This document shows, in pieces, positions 16,249-25,003 of a stretch of DNA of 64,000 nucleotides. Both the position numbers and the translations under genes were made by a program. The notes below the pieces were generated by a model. The model was given only the letters and a program-made list of their open reading frames with translations, did no database searches and was not told the DNA's origin. The number at the start of each line of letters is the position of its first letter. Position 1 is the stretch's first letter. This DNA is from a virus. The stretch is taken from IMG/VR virus record IMGVR_UViG_3300013099_000020. One strand, given 5' to 3'.

Positions 16249-16580
16249 TCGACTTCAAAACATACCTGGAAGCTATCCGGGACGAGCTGTGTGAACTTGA
16301 CGACCTGAGTTCGTCACTCACCACCTTCATCGCCGGATGCGAGACGGGTGGCAACAGGGCGGGTGCGGACTTCGTCCGCACCCTCAAGCGGAAGCTGAAC
16401 GTCTCCGTCAATGGGGCCCGCCGCTCTGTCGACGCTGTCGAGCGTATGGCTGCGGATGTTCAGGTCGCCATCAAGGAGGCCGAGGACATGAAGCAGGTAG
16501 CGGCGGACTCCATCAAGCAGACTCAGGCCAAGATGGACAAGCTCAAGCGCACCATGGATGGGGCGCGGGCCGTACGATGA
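16245..16580 (+). CDS. hypothetical coiled-coil protein
   Basis: ORF with ATGA overlap. Confidence 0.45.
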   Translation: MIDFKTYLEAIRDELCELDDLSSSLTTFIAGCETGGNRAGADFVRTLKRKLNVSVNGARRSVDAVERMAADVQVAIKEAEDMKQVAADSIKQTQAKMDKLKRTMDGARAVR

Positions 16581-16793
16581 ACGCCTCCGACAACGACTGC
16601 CAGTTTCGGATACGGAAGATCGACAATGGCTTCTTGGTCATCAGCGGGTCTCATTACTTCTGCCGCACGCCTGAAGAGGTTCACGAACGGGTGTCTGTAC
16701 TTCTCGATGAGTGGCAGGACCCCAAGGCTGCCAAGAAGGCTGCACGAAGGTCACGTCGTGACGAGCGACGTGACGAGAGGGATGAAGAAGCAT
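16578..16793 (+). CDS. hypothetical small protein with basic/acidic tail
   Basis: ATG at 16578 overlapping the previous stop; C-terminal part of the 16337..16795 ORF. Confidence 0.35.
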
Positions 16794-17667
16794 GACGATC
16801 TACGTGAACTTCGATATCGAGACGACTGGTTCGGTCCCGGGGCTGTACTCCATGGTCAGCTTCGGGGCTATTGCCCACCAACACAACCCCGAGTCCGACT
16901 TCGTTACCCTCGGCCAGTTCGAGATCAACATCAAGGAGATGGAGGACGCTGACTGGGACCCCAGTACTCGGGCGTGGTGGGAAAGCCCGGAACAGGCCAA
17001 GGCGTTCGAGCATACGTTTGCGGCACCTCAGGTTCATCCGGACATCGCCATGGAAGAGATCTGCGCATGGCTCTTCTCCCTTGCGAAGTACGGAGGGCCC
17101 ATCGTCTTCGTCGCCTACCCGGCAACGTTCGACATGAGCTTCCTGAACTATTACATGCAGCGCTTCGTCCCCAAGACGTGGAAGGAGCTGACGTTCAACA
17201 AGATGGTGGGGTGGAGCTGCATGGATATCCTCTCCATGGCCTCGATGCTCCTCAACGAGCCCTACCTGAGTTCGACCAAGAGGCATTGGCCGGAGGAGTG
17301 GGTCTCGGAGAACGTGCTGCCGCATACGGCGATGTCAGATGCTCGGTCTCAGGCTGAGTCCTTCGTCGCGATGATGCGTGCGAGGCGGGTACCTACGGTT
17401 GACTCCAAGGTCTGGGTGGTGGTTTACAATCACCGCCATGGGTTCGACATCTGGACTACGTCTACGGAAGAGAAGGCTCTCTATTCTGCAACCGAGGTGA
17501 TACACGAGTATATCGTTGACCTGCCGGAAGAGGTTCAGCCAGAGATCGAGGGGCTCATCCAAAAGGGAAAGCATCAGGAGGCGATCGATAAATACACTGA
17601 GGTGCTTCAGGAACGCAACCCGATCAATGGTGAGTCGTTCACCATCGAGGAAAAGACTGTGACATGA
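16792..17667 (+). CDS. DEDDh 3'-5' exonuclease (DnaQ/RNase T-like) with C-terminal extension
   Basis: Exo I motif VNFDIETTG; Exo III-like H-x4-D (LPHTAMSDA); ATGA overlap with the upstream gene. Confidence 0.7.
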   Translation: MTIYVNFDIETTGSVPGLYSMVSFGAIAHQHNPESDFVTLGQFEINIKEMEDADWDPSTRAWWESPEQAKAFEHTFAAPQVHPDIAMEEICAWLFSLAKYGGPIVFVAYPATFDMSFLNYYMQRFVPKTWKELTFNKMVGWSCMDILSMASMLLNEPYLSSTKRHWPEEWVSENVLPHTAMSDARSQAESFVAMMRARRVPTVDSKVWVVVYNHRHGFDIWTTSTEEKALYSATEVIHEYIVDLPEEVQPEIEGLIQKGKHQEAIDKYTEVLQERNPINGESFTIEEKTVT

Positions 17668-18095
17668 CCAAGAAGTACAAGCCGAAGATCTACGAGGTCT
17701 TCCTCGACATCGCCGACATTCTCGATGAGGAAGTGAAACACAGCTTCCGAAACACCCCTGAGGTTCGGAAGCGGTTGAAGGACACCAAGCACGTTATGGT
17801 GTTCCATGCGCCGGAGTCTCGAATCGATGTCTGCCTGAAGAAGATCTCTGAGGGTGAGCGTTCCAAGTGGAAGGTCGACATCGAGGTTGGGTGGCCAACG
17901 AGTACTTACCACCCGGTGTACGCCATGGAGTGCGCTCGTCAGCACTCCGAGGCAGCTTCCCTGTCTCTTCGGGCTCTTGTGATCGCTGCGGGCTGGGAGT
18001 ACACGAACAAGGAGGTGAGAGCCTCTTGGGCAGAGTACGAGAGCTACCTTCGGAGCCTCGAACATGAGGAGGATAGGGATGAGCAAGAAGCCTGA
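17664..18095 (+). CDS. hypothetical protein
   Basis: ORF; the opposite-strand ORF 17607..18188 has a junk-like R/S/P-rich composition. Confidence 0.5.
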   Translation: MTKKYKPKIYEVFLDIADILDEEVKHSFRNTPEVRKRLKDTKHVMVFHAPESRIDVCLKKISEGERSKWKVDIEVGWPTSTYHPVYAMECARQHSEAASLSLRALVIAAGWEYTNKEVRASWAEYESYLRSLEHEEDRDEQEA

Positions 18096-18777
18096 GCGGT
18101 TCCTTCTGGGGATCGATGAGGCGGGGACCGGCGCGTGGGCGGGTCCTTTTTGCGTAGCCGGCACTGTCTTCCCCCTCGACTTCGACAAAGCTCCCCTATC
18201 AGAGGCGGCGACGTCGCTGGTCTGGGAGGTTACGGCTCCGGAAGGATCGCTCCGACCCTACCGGGACTCGAAGAAGCTCTCCGCGAAGAAGCGCGCTGCG
18301 CTGAGGCCGAGGATCGAACTGCTGGCTGTTGCCCACGATGTGGTCTACGTCTCTCCAGCTACCATTGAGAAGCGTGAGCAGGGTCCGGCTTGGCAGGACG
18401 CCATCATCGAGGTCATTGAGACACTGCTGGATGAGGTTGGGAACAAGGGGGTCGGCCACAGTCGGGTCGACATCATGATCGATGGCAAGCTGAACCACCA
18501 CCTCACCAACAGGATTCACAACGAAGTAGAGCCGGACCTTCAGGTTGATCATCGACCCAAGGGTGATGAGGCATTTCTCGCTGTGTGCGCTGCCTCAATC
18601 TTGGCCAAGACAGGCAGGGACGACTACATGCATGACCTGCACGAGCGGCTTCCCGAGTACAAGTTCAACACGAACGTCGGCTATGGAACGGAGGAGCATG
18701 CTCATGCTCTCGTCTGCCATGGTCGAACAAAGTTTCACAGACCCCTTACGAAGAAGTGGGACCTAGCGGATCGATAG
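18079..18777 (+). CDS. rnhB: ribonuclease HII
   Basis: LGIDEAGTGAWAGP (GIDEAGRG motif), DSKKLS, AASILAK, GYGT..H; ATG at 18079 after GAGGAGGATAGGG. Confidence 0.85.
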   Translation: MSKKPERFLLGIDEAGTGAWAGPFCVAGTVFPLDFDKAPLSEAATSLVWEVTAPEGSLRPYRDSKKLSAKKRAALRPRIELLAVAHDVVYVSPATIEKREQGPAWQDAIIEVIETLLDEVGNKGVGHSRVDIMIDGKLNHHLTNRIHNEVEPDLQVDHRPKGDEAFLAVCAASILAKTGRDDYMHDLHERLPEYKFNTNVGYGTEEHAHALVCHGRTKFHRPLTKKWDLADR

Positions 18778-18842
18778 ATCTTCAGCTAAGGTGCCGCCGG
18801 ATGACCTCGTGCCTGCACGGGGTTTTCCATTGGAGGATGCTT

Positions 18843-19880
18843 ATGAAGAACATCGTAGGAACCGCAGCCGCTGCGCTCATGCTCTGTTCATGTACTGATC
18901 CGATACTCGATGTGGAACAGCAGCAGGAGCAGGAGCCCGAGCCCATCCTGGAAGTTCAGGTTGAGGATGCGTCGGAGGCTGAAGTTGTGGAGCCTGTAAC
19001 GCTGGCGTCGATCTCCGCAGTCCTGGCTGCGTCTCCCAGACGCGGTGAAGATAGCTGGGTGGTGCCGCGTGACCCGAGAGCCCTTCGCCTCAAGACCATG
19101 GAGGCCCTTCTCCGGGTCACCACCAGTGAAGAAGGCTGGGCCAACCACATAGGTATCAGCGCCATCTACGCCGTGATGACTGAGACACGGCGATGCCTAT
19201 CGGTTGGGAACTTCGATGTGTCATGTCGAGACTCCCGTTCGAGCCGTCGAAGGGCACCGGAGCTGTCGTCCCTGTGGCGGCATTCCCCTCGGGCTACTGG
19301 CCAGTATGAGTCCCGGACACGCCGGCAACGCTGGACCAGCACCATGACCCTAGACTGTGGGGAGCCTTCGGGCTGGCCACCCCCACCCTATGCCCAGTGG
19401 GTCAACTACCGGCCCCTCTGTGAGGCGCTGGTAGAGGAGATTGCAGAGGTGGTGGATGGTGAGGCTGCGCGGGCCTGTCCCGAGGGCTCACGGCCCATTA
19501 CATGGGGCTGTGACCCCTTTCGACGCAGAGCAATCTGTGAGGTGCTCGGCCGCCACTGCAACGCAGAGGGGGTAGCTATCACACGGGGGTGCAATGACAC
19601 CCCCATCGCTCACAGGAGAGGCCTGGAGCGGCTTGACTGTGGGGAGACGGCGAACGCCTATTGGTGTCGCCCGGGGACACCCCACTGCGGGACTTTACCG
19701 GAGAGCGAGAGGGTGTTACACGATCGTATACGCTCGGGGGAGGGCGAACGAGATGCAGAGCATGGCTTACGTGGTGGAGCGGATCAGGTGCAAGAACCAT
19801 CAGAAGGTCTTCAGCGGGGAAACATTCCCAACGATGGACCGCTGGTTCTGGGCGTGTTCCGAGTGTCTGGAAACGGGTAG
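18843..19880 (+). CDS. Cys-rich lipoprotein (signal MKNIVGTAAAALMLCSC)
   Basis: Lipobox LMLCSC; many Cys pairs. GC3 in this frame drops after ~19600, where a second frame (19753..19980) has high GC3, so the 3' boundary is uncertain. Confidence 0.45.
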   Translation: MKNIVGTAAAALMLCSCTDPILDVEQQQEQEPEPILEVQVEDASEAEVVEPVTLASISAVLAASPRRGEDSWVVPRDPRALRLKTMEALLRVTTSEEGWANHIGISAIYAVMTETRRCLSVGNFDVSCRDSRSSRRRAPELSSLWRHSPRATGQYESRTRRQRWTSTMTLDCGEPSGWPPPPYAQWVNYRPLCEALVEEIAEVVDGEAARACPEGSRPITWGCDPFRRRAICEVLGRHCNAEGVAITRGCNDTPIAHRRGLERLDCGETANAYWCRPGTPHCGTLPESERVLHDRIRSGEGERDAEHGLRGGADQVQEPSEGLQRGNIPNDGPLVLGVFRVSGNG

Positions 19881-19980
19881 CGACAAGCTGGAGGAGGCTC
19901 CAGAGGTCGCAGCCAAGGAGTACTGGGCGCTGATGCGCGAACTCAAACCGGACTGCTGGGTTCCAGCAAGGTACAGATGA
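19753..19980 (+). CDS. hypothetical small Cys-containing protein
   Basis: ATG at 19753; third-codon-position GC ~75% versus low in the overlapping lipoprotein frame. Confidence 0.45.
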   Translation: MQSMAYVVERIRCKNHQKVFSGETFPTMDRWFWACSECLETGSDKLEEAPEVAAKEYWALMRELKPDCWVPARYR

Positions 19981-19982
19981 AC

Positions 19983-20020
19983 AGGGCGGCCTTCGGGTCG
20001 CCCTTTTCGTATTTTTGCAC
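19983..20020 (+). terminator. rho-independent terminator
   Basis: GGGCGGCC-TTCG-GGTCGCCC hairpin followed by TTTTCGTATTTTTG. Confidence 0.55.
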
Positions 20021-20028
20021 CAAGATCG

Positions 20029-20038
20029 CCTATTAGCA
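20029..20038 (+). promoter_or_regulatory. conserved upstream motif CCTATTAGCA
   Basis: 37 nt upstream of the 20075 start, immediately after a terminator. Confidence 0.45.
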
Positions 20039-20074
20039 TAGTGAGCGGAAGACCTGCTCAGAAGGAGAGATAGG

Positions 20075-20287
20075 ATGTTCTGGATAGCCATGTTTATATG
20101 GGGCGCCATGAAGGGGGTTGGTGCGCGCGGTCGTGCGGCTGAAGCTCACGAGGCAGAGCTTCATGCGAACGAGATGATCAAGGCGATGATTCGCCACGCT
20201 CAGTACACCCGAGAGGATGTGAGTCAAGAAGATGTCGCCCAGGCGATCATCGATCTCGAAGGCATCTTGGGCCGCCCGGTCCGCTAA
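20075..20287 (+). CDS. small membrane protein (one transmembrane helix, 70 aa)
   Basis: GAAGGAGAGATAGG RBS; N-terminal hydrophobic MFWIAMFIWGAM. Confidence 0.45.
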   Translation: MFWIAMFIWGAMKGVGARGRAAEAHEAELHANEMIKAMIRHAQYTREDVSQEDVAQAIIDLEGILGRPVR

Positions 20288-20344
20288 CAACACACAGAGA
20301 ACTTCGAGTTCTCGGAACCCCTCAGGGTTCTTTTACCCTAACGC

Positions 20345-20354
20345 CCTATTAGCA
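20345..20354 (+). promoter_or_regulatory. conserved upstream motif CCTATTAGCA
   Basis: 17 nt upstream of the 20371 start; preceded by two hairpins (20300-20335). Confidence 0.45.
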
Positions 20355-20370
20355 AAGTGAAGGAGGACCT

Positions 20371-20502
20371 ATGTTCCAGTTCTTTCAATCAATGAGAGGG
20401 GCGAAGTTCTTCGAGGCCGATGTCCCCCGCCTCATCCGCGCCCTAGAGCGCATAGCCGATGCCCTGGAGAAGTTGGAGGCCCGTGCGAAGGAAGAAGACT
20501 AA
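20371..20502 (+). CDS. hypothetical 43-aa helical peptide
   Basis: Strong GTGAAGGAGGACCT RBS; hand-found ORF below the track cutoff. Confidence 0.4.
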   Translation: MFQFFQSMRGAKFFEADVPRLIRALERIADALEKLEARAKEED

Positions 20503-20521
20503 GTTCGTACCATCCCCATTC

Positions 20522-20962
20522 ATGCTGGAAGCGAAAGCGTTCAGCGACAGAGAGCCGGTAGGTGTTCCCCTACCGGCTCGTTGCGTTCAGATGCTCCTCG
20601 ATGCGTTGGATGTCTTCGAGGATGAGCCTGAGATGCGCCACCGCAGGGAACACTGCTCAGAGAAGTTCTGGAGTTTCGAGGAGAGCTGCGAGAAGCAGTT
20701 CTGGGGCTTCAGCCTCTTGGGACTCATCGCTGCTGAGCAAGGGCTCGATCTCGTAGAGATCCCCCGCAACCAACAGATCGTTCCGGTGAGAGAGTTCCTA
20801 TCGAAGATAGGCTTCACCTACTACGACCAGCTGTGCCTTGAAGAGATCAATGGGCACAGCCTAAACAATGAGGTCCTACGAGAACGTACGCTGCGTTTCA
20901 CCGCTACAGGTGACCGCATGCCCTTCCTCGATGACCTTCTAGATATCGACAAGGAGACCTAA
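20522..20962 (+). CDS. hypothetical protein
   Basis: Internal ATG of the 20459..20962 ORF, downstream of the small-peptide stop. Confidence 0.45.
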   Translation: MLEAKAFSDREPVGVPLPARCVQMLLDALDVFEDEPEMRHRREHCSEKFWSFEESCEKQFWGFSLLGLIAAEQGLDLVEIPRNQQIVPVREFLSKIGFTYYDQLCLEEINGHSLNNEVLRERTLRFTATGDRMPFLDDLLDIDKET

Positions 20963-21906
20963 TGTTTGGAATGCCGCACTTCCTCTTGACTGCTGAACAG
21001 AAGCGACGACAGGCGCAGGAGGACGCAGACGCCGCAGAAGCGGAGAAGCGACACTTCGAGAATGTTCTGGTGCCAAACGCTGTGCCTTGGGACCCGAACT
21101 TCAGGCGCTCAGGCCTCGACGAGAACAAGCAGATCTGCTTCAAGGCGTCGACCTACGAGTTGCCCATGGCCCCGCACTTCGATGCGGAGACCACGGCACT
21201 CAACGCGGCTACAATGGCCCGGCCCCAGAAGGGGGACATCGTTGGGCCCTCTCATGGTACGCCACGCAGTCAGAGCACGTGGGTCTACAGGCATGCCAAG
21301 CTTCCTCGTGGGGAGAGCCTGTGGGTTCGCTTCGGCAATGCGCCAGGGGAGATCTTCTTCGACGGCGACATCACTTTCCCCGTCCTCTACGAATGGCGAG
21401 AGTGGATCACTTATGACAGGGCCCTCTTCGTCTGGATGAGCCTCACCCCCATGGAGGTGTTCTCTCAACGCCAGGGTGTGCGCCATTGCTCGGGCAAGGT
21501 GTGCATCGGGGGGTATGGCCTCGGGTGGTTCCTGGAGCAGGTGGCTCGCAAGAAGTCGGTGACAGAGATTGTCATCGTCGAGAAGGACAAGCAGTTCCTC
21601 AGCTGGTTCGCCCGGGAGCACGCCAAGAAGGTACGCAAGGAGACCGGCAAGAAGATCAAGATCGTCTGCGCCGATGTCTATGATTACCTGGCTGATCATC
21701 ACGGGGAGTTCGACAAGATCGCCCTGGATGTCTTTGAGCACTATGGGAACAACAACGCAGAGGACAATGCCCAGCTTCGGAAGCTGCTCTATCCGAAAGG
21801 GGACTACTGGAGCTACCAGGCGGAGCCGCTGATCAACTCCAAGAAGCTCTGGTGCTGGGGATCAGCGAGAATCGGGACGAAGGAGGGCTACCAATACCGG
21901 TGGTGA
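20962..21906 (+). CDS. hypothetical protein with possible Rossmann-fold SAM-methyltransferase-like core (weak)
   Basis: CIGGYGLGWFLEQV...EIVIVEKDK resembles a GxGxG nucleotide-binding fold; no DPPY or other diagnostic motif. Confidence 0.35.
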   Translation: MFGMPHFLLTAEQKRRQAQEDADAAEAEKRHFENVLVPNAVPWDPNFRRSGLDENKQICFKASTYELPMAPHFDAETTALNAATMARPQKGDIVGPSHGTPRSQSTWVYRHAKLPRGESLWVRFGNAPGEIFFDGDITFPVLYEWREWITYDRALFVWMSLTPMEVFSQRQGVRHCSGKVCIGGYGLGWFLEQVARKKSVTEIVIVEKDKQFLSWFAREHAKKVRKETGKKIKIVCADVYDYLADHHGEFDKIALDVFEHYGNNNAEDNAQLRKLLYPKGDYWSYQAEPLINSKKLWCWGSARIGTKEGYQYRW

Positions 21907-21926
21907 GATTCTAAGGGGGGAATCAG

Positions 21927-21966
21927 GAACCTGACCGCCTTCGGGCGGTCTCAGGTTTCTTCTTGC
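21927..21966 (+). terminator. rho-independent terminator
   Basis: CCTGACCGCC-TTCG-GGCGGTCTCAGG hairpin followed by TTTCTTCTTG. Confidence 0.45.
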
Positions 21967-21989
21967 CCCCCTTCTGGTAGGCTGCACCT

Positions 21990-22352
21990 ATGCGCTGCCT
22001 GAGTTGCCAGCAAGAGTGCCCGTCCACTCAACTTCAGATCTTCGACAAGCTCCTGCTCTGTCCCAGCTGCTCTGCGCTTGCGGAGAAGGCGGACACTGAG
22101 ATCGATCGTGAGATCAGCAGGGCCCGAGAAATGACTCGGAACTGGCTTCAGCAGCACATCATGCGTGGTGGGCTCTTACGTGGAGGTGATGGTGGGGGAC
22201 TACAGAGACGTACCCAAGAGTGTCTTGGACCCGGACTACGGGATGTACTTCATGGAGCTGAAGTGCCAGGCATGCGGAGCCCCGAGGGGGGTTCACTACC
22301 CGGCAACAGGGATCCCTCAGGGGACAGTGCTGACCCCCTACGCGGGGGATAA
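21990..22352 (+). CDS. zinc-ribbon protein (CxxC...CPSC); coding signal fades after ~22170
   Basis: High GC3 for the first ~60 codons, then low; the frame stays open. Possible frameshift relative to the next gene. Confidence 0.4.
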   Translation: MRCLSCQQECPSTQLQIFDKLLLCPSCSALAEKADTEIDREISRAREMTRNWLQQHIMRGGLLRGGDGGGLQRRTQECLGPGLRDVLHGAEVPGMRSPEGGSLPGNRDPSGDSADPLRGG

Positions 22353-22455
22353 AGGAATCTCCTCGTGTCTGAGATGCGGCAAAGCCAAGATGGAGGTGGT
22401 GAACCGACCCCCCTCCGAACCCCTGCCCAAGAAGCCCCGTGGCTGGCGGACCTGA
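22189..22455 (+). CDS. zinc-ribbon protein (CQAC...CLRC)
   Basis: High GC3; ATG at 22189 preceded by GGAGGTG (or GTG at 22165). Confidence 0.5.
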   Translation: MVGDYRDVPKSVLDPDYGMYFMELKCQACGAPRGVHYPATGIPQGTVLTPYAGDKGISSCLRCGKAKMEVVNRPPSEPLPKKPRGWRT

Positions 22456-22505
22456 CCGTCCTCAACCCTGAGGGGGAGGCCTGGGCCTGGGCCCCTCGAT
22501 GGCGC

Positions 22506-22787
22506 ATGGGCGCCTATGATGACGTGACCCTCGTCGTCATCCCTAAGCTCCACCTCTCCCAGAGAGCCATCTACCAGCTCGTCCATGTGCGGGGTTACAC
22601 CGATGTCTTCGGAGGCTGCCTTTTCCGGGGTGCCTCGCTGAACTGGGCACGGTTTCAGGTGTTTGGAGCAGGGTTCCCCTTCTACAAGACGGGGCGGCCT
22701 GAGATGCACAATGTCTTCACCTGCCTCGAAGGCGGGACCGCTGATATAGCGAAAATCATTAGACTTGGCTCATCCCTGTTGACATAA
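22506..22787 (+). CDS. hypothetical protein
   Basis: Internal ATG of the 22365..22787 ORF, downstream of the previous stop. Confidence 0.4.
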   Translation: MGAYDDVTLVVIPKLHLSQRAIYQLVHVRGYTDVFGGCLFRGASLNWARFQVFGAGFPFYKTGRPEMHNVFTCLEGGTADIAKIIRLGSSLLT

Positions 22788-22814
22788 CTGTATTCAGTTT
22801 GTAAACACAGGGTC

Positions 22815-23735
22815 ATGTCTGATGATCCGAAGTTCGTAGGTGTCCCTCCAGGAGAGGACCCCGTTGTCGCCCAGTATCGGGATGGTGTCGCTGCTCGTGC
22901 CCGAGCTGAGGGGGAGAAGAAGCGGGTCAAGATCCCCAACCTCACCGAAGCCCAGTCACAGTTCAATCCGAAGAAGGATCGACCGATGACGCTGGGTGAG
23001 ATGGGCCAGGCGCAGACCATCATGGGGGATGCGGCGGAGCATGCCGATCAGCCGCAGCAAACCTTGAGCGATGACTCGGTGCGCGGCCTTCAGGCACTCT
23101 ACACGGCCACATCAGAACAGCGAGGCCCCATGACCGAAGCCGAAGAGACCGACGAGACCGACGAGACCGAAGACTCCGTAGAGAAGCCCCTCCCCGGGAA
23201 GCTCTCGGATGCGATGGAGTCGACCGACGACCTCGACCTCGACCTGTTCATGCAGCGCATGCGGCAGGACCTCATCAACAACGAGGACCAGCGCAAGATC
23301 ATCGCGGCGCGGGTCAAGCCCATGAACCTCGGGGATGGCATCGCCACCGGAGAGTTCACGCAGTTCGTCCCCATCAAGCCCAAGACCCTGGAGGTGCTAT
23401 ACCGCACTGTCTCTCCGATGGAGGTCGAGCACATCCGCCGCATCGTCTTGGAGATGGAGCTGCGCGATGAGCGGCTCGCCAACATGACCGTCGACCGGTT
23501 CTCCCTCATGCAGATGGTCGCCTCGGTCGTGTCCATCAACGGCAAGCCTCTGCCGACCCACCTCAGGAACCCCGGAACCATCCGTGTCGAGTTCCTGGAA
23601 GATCCCTTCATGAAGAAGTACGCGATCATCTCGAACTACCCCGGACCCTTCATCCACACGCTCTCGACGCACAGCTACTGGTTCGACATCAGGGTGAGGG
23701 AACTCTTCACTATGGCCGAACTAAAAAATGGCTAA
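22815..23735 (+). CDS. hypothetical protein with acidic TDETDETED repeat (scaffold-like?)
   Basis: ORF; 9-bp tandem GAGACCGAC repeats around 23150-23180. Confidence 0.5.
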   Translation: MSDDPKFVGVPPGEDPVVAQYRDGVAARARAEGEKKRVKIPNLTEAQSQFNPKKDRPMTLGEMGQAQTIMGDAAEHADQPQQTLSDDSVRGLQALYTATSEQRGPMTEAEETDETDETEDSVEKPLPGKLSDAMESTDDLDLDLFMQRMRQDLINNEDQRKIIAARVKPMNLGDGIATGEFTQFVPIKPKTLEVLYRTVSPMEVEHIRRIVLEMELRDERLANMTVDRFSLMQMVASVVSINGKPLPTHLRNPGTIRVEFLEDPFMKKYAIISNYPGPFIHTLSTHSYWFDIRVRELFTMAELKNG

Positions 23736-23830
23736 AGACTCCGGTTGGCTGGGCGCGTGCCAACATCCTCTTTGACAAGACGGAGCAGGCGCCACCCACG
23801 AACAGCCTCCTGGAGTCACTATTCATCCTC

Positions 23831-24142
23831 GTGTTCCTACAGCGACAAGAAGCGGAGCTGATGGCCACCCGGGCGCTTGTAGAAGCATCCCTGGCAGACG
23901 AGGAGCGGAAGGACGCTGTCGAAGCGTTCGAGAAGTACTGCGAGAAGATGTTCCCGTTCTGGAAGCGGGCTTCGGAGCTGGAAGGTGACGAAGAAAAGAA
24001 GGCGCTCATGCAGCTGGTGAAGAAGCCTCTGAAGCTCAACATGTCGGCGATCTGGAGCACCCAGGCCAAGGCACTCAAGCGGAAGCACAAGCGGAAACAG
24101 AAGATCCCCAACCGACTCCGAGCGAAAGAAAAGAATGGCTGA
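23831..24142 (+). CDS. hypothetical Lys-rich protein
   Basis: ORF; alternative start at 23861. Confidence 0.4.
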   Translation: MFLQRQEAELMATRALVEASLADEERKDAVEAFEKYCEKMFPFWKRASELEGDEEKKALMQLVKKPLKLNMSAIWSTQAKALKRKHKRKQKIPNRLRAKEKNG

Positions 24143-24659
24143 AATACACCCCACCTGTCCTGACTGCGGCTCGATCGATGTGGAGACCACGACGATCACT
24201 GCGGAAGCTGCCTGCCCCAACTGCGACTGGAGGGGAGGCTCTGCCGAAACCGTAGGCGTAGCTTCCTCTGAGGACTTCTGGGACATCGAGCGTGTGGGCC
24301 ATGTCCTGCTTCGGGTCATCTCGAAGTGGGGCGCGGGCCCGATGTGTCAGGTCTTCGAGTTCATCGGGATCTTGGAGAAGGGTGACGACGAGGCTCGGGA
24401 TGTGATCATGCAGGCCGCTTCGGCAGCGTGCATCCAGGCTGCATTCGAGGCAGCGCACGCCGTGCATATCCGGAAGCTCTTCATGAAGTCTGAGGATGAG
24501 CTGAACGATGCGGAGAAGGCTCTCCTGGTGGCGGCGAAGAAGAGGGTGAAGGGCGACACGTGCCCAGCCGAGCCCGGGAAGAAGTGCGAGTACATCGAGG
24601 CCCTTCAGGCACCGAGCGGCTCCGCCTGCCGTAACTGTGGCGGGGAGAGGTTGGTCTGA
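24135..24659 (+). CDS. zinc-ribbon protein (CPDC...CPNC...CRNC)
   Basis: ORF with CxxC pairs at both ends. Confidence 0.5.
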   Translation: MAEIHPTCPDCGSIDVETTTITAEAACPNCDWRGGSAETVGVASSEDFWDIERVGHVLLRVISKWGAGPMCQVFEFIGILEKGDDEARDVIMQAASAACIQAAFEAAHAVHIRKLFMKSEDELNDAEKALLVAAKKRVKGDTCPAEPGKKCEYIEALQAPSGSACRNCGGERLV

Positions 24660-25003
24660 TGGGTGAGCGAGACCAAGAGCTGGATGATCTGGAGGAGGAA
24701 CTCCGGACCCCCTACATCGAAACCCCAGCTCGGGTAGACGAGGGGTCTGGGCAGACGTGCTTCCTCAACCAGGACCGGCAGTGCATGCCGGACTGCACTT
24801 CGTACAACGTTCACGTAGACATCCCTCAAGGGCCGGAGCGTTGCATCCTCCTCGTCTACGCAGCGAACTGTGCGGTCAATACACAGGAACTCGTTCAGCT
24901 CAGCCGGAAGATGGTCGGGCAGGCCAAGACACAGGCCGCGGACGAAGCCAGGGCAGCCATAGCCGGCGCCCCGATCCCCAACCCGTACGGAGAATCCCGA
25001 TGA
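24659..25003 (+). CDS. hypothetical protein
   Basis: ORF with ATGA overlap. Confidence 0.45.
   Translation: MGERDQELDDLEEELRTPYIETPARVDEGSGQTCFLNQDRQCMPDCTSYNVHVDIPQGPERCILLVYAANCAVNTQELVQLSRKMVGQAKTQAADEARAAIAGAPIPNPYGESR

Noticed and set aside
18756-18842. N-terminal extension of the lipoprotein ORF before MKNIVG
   Set aside because: The signal peptide with lipobox begins at the internal Met at 18843. The upstream segment overlaps the RNase HII 3' end.
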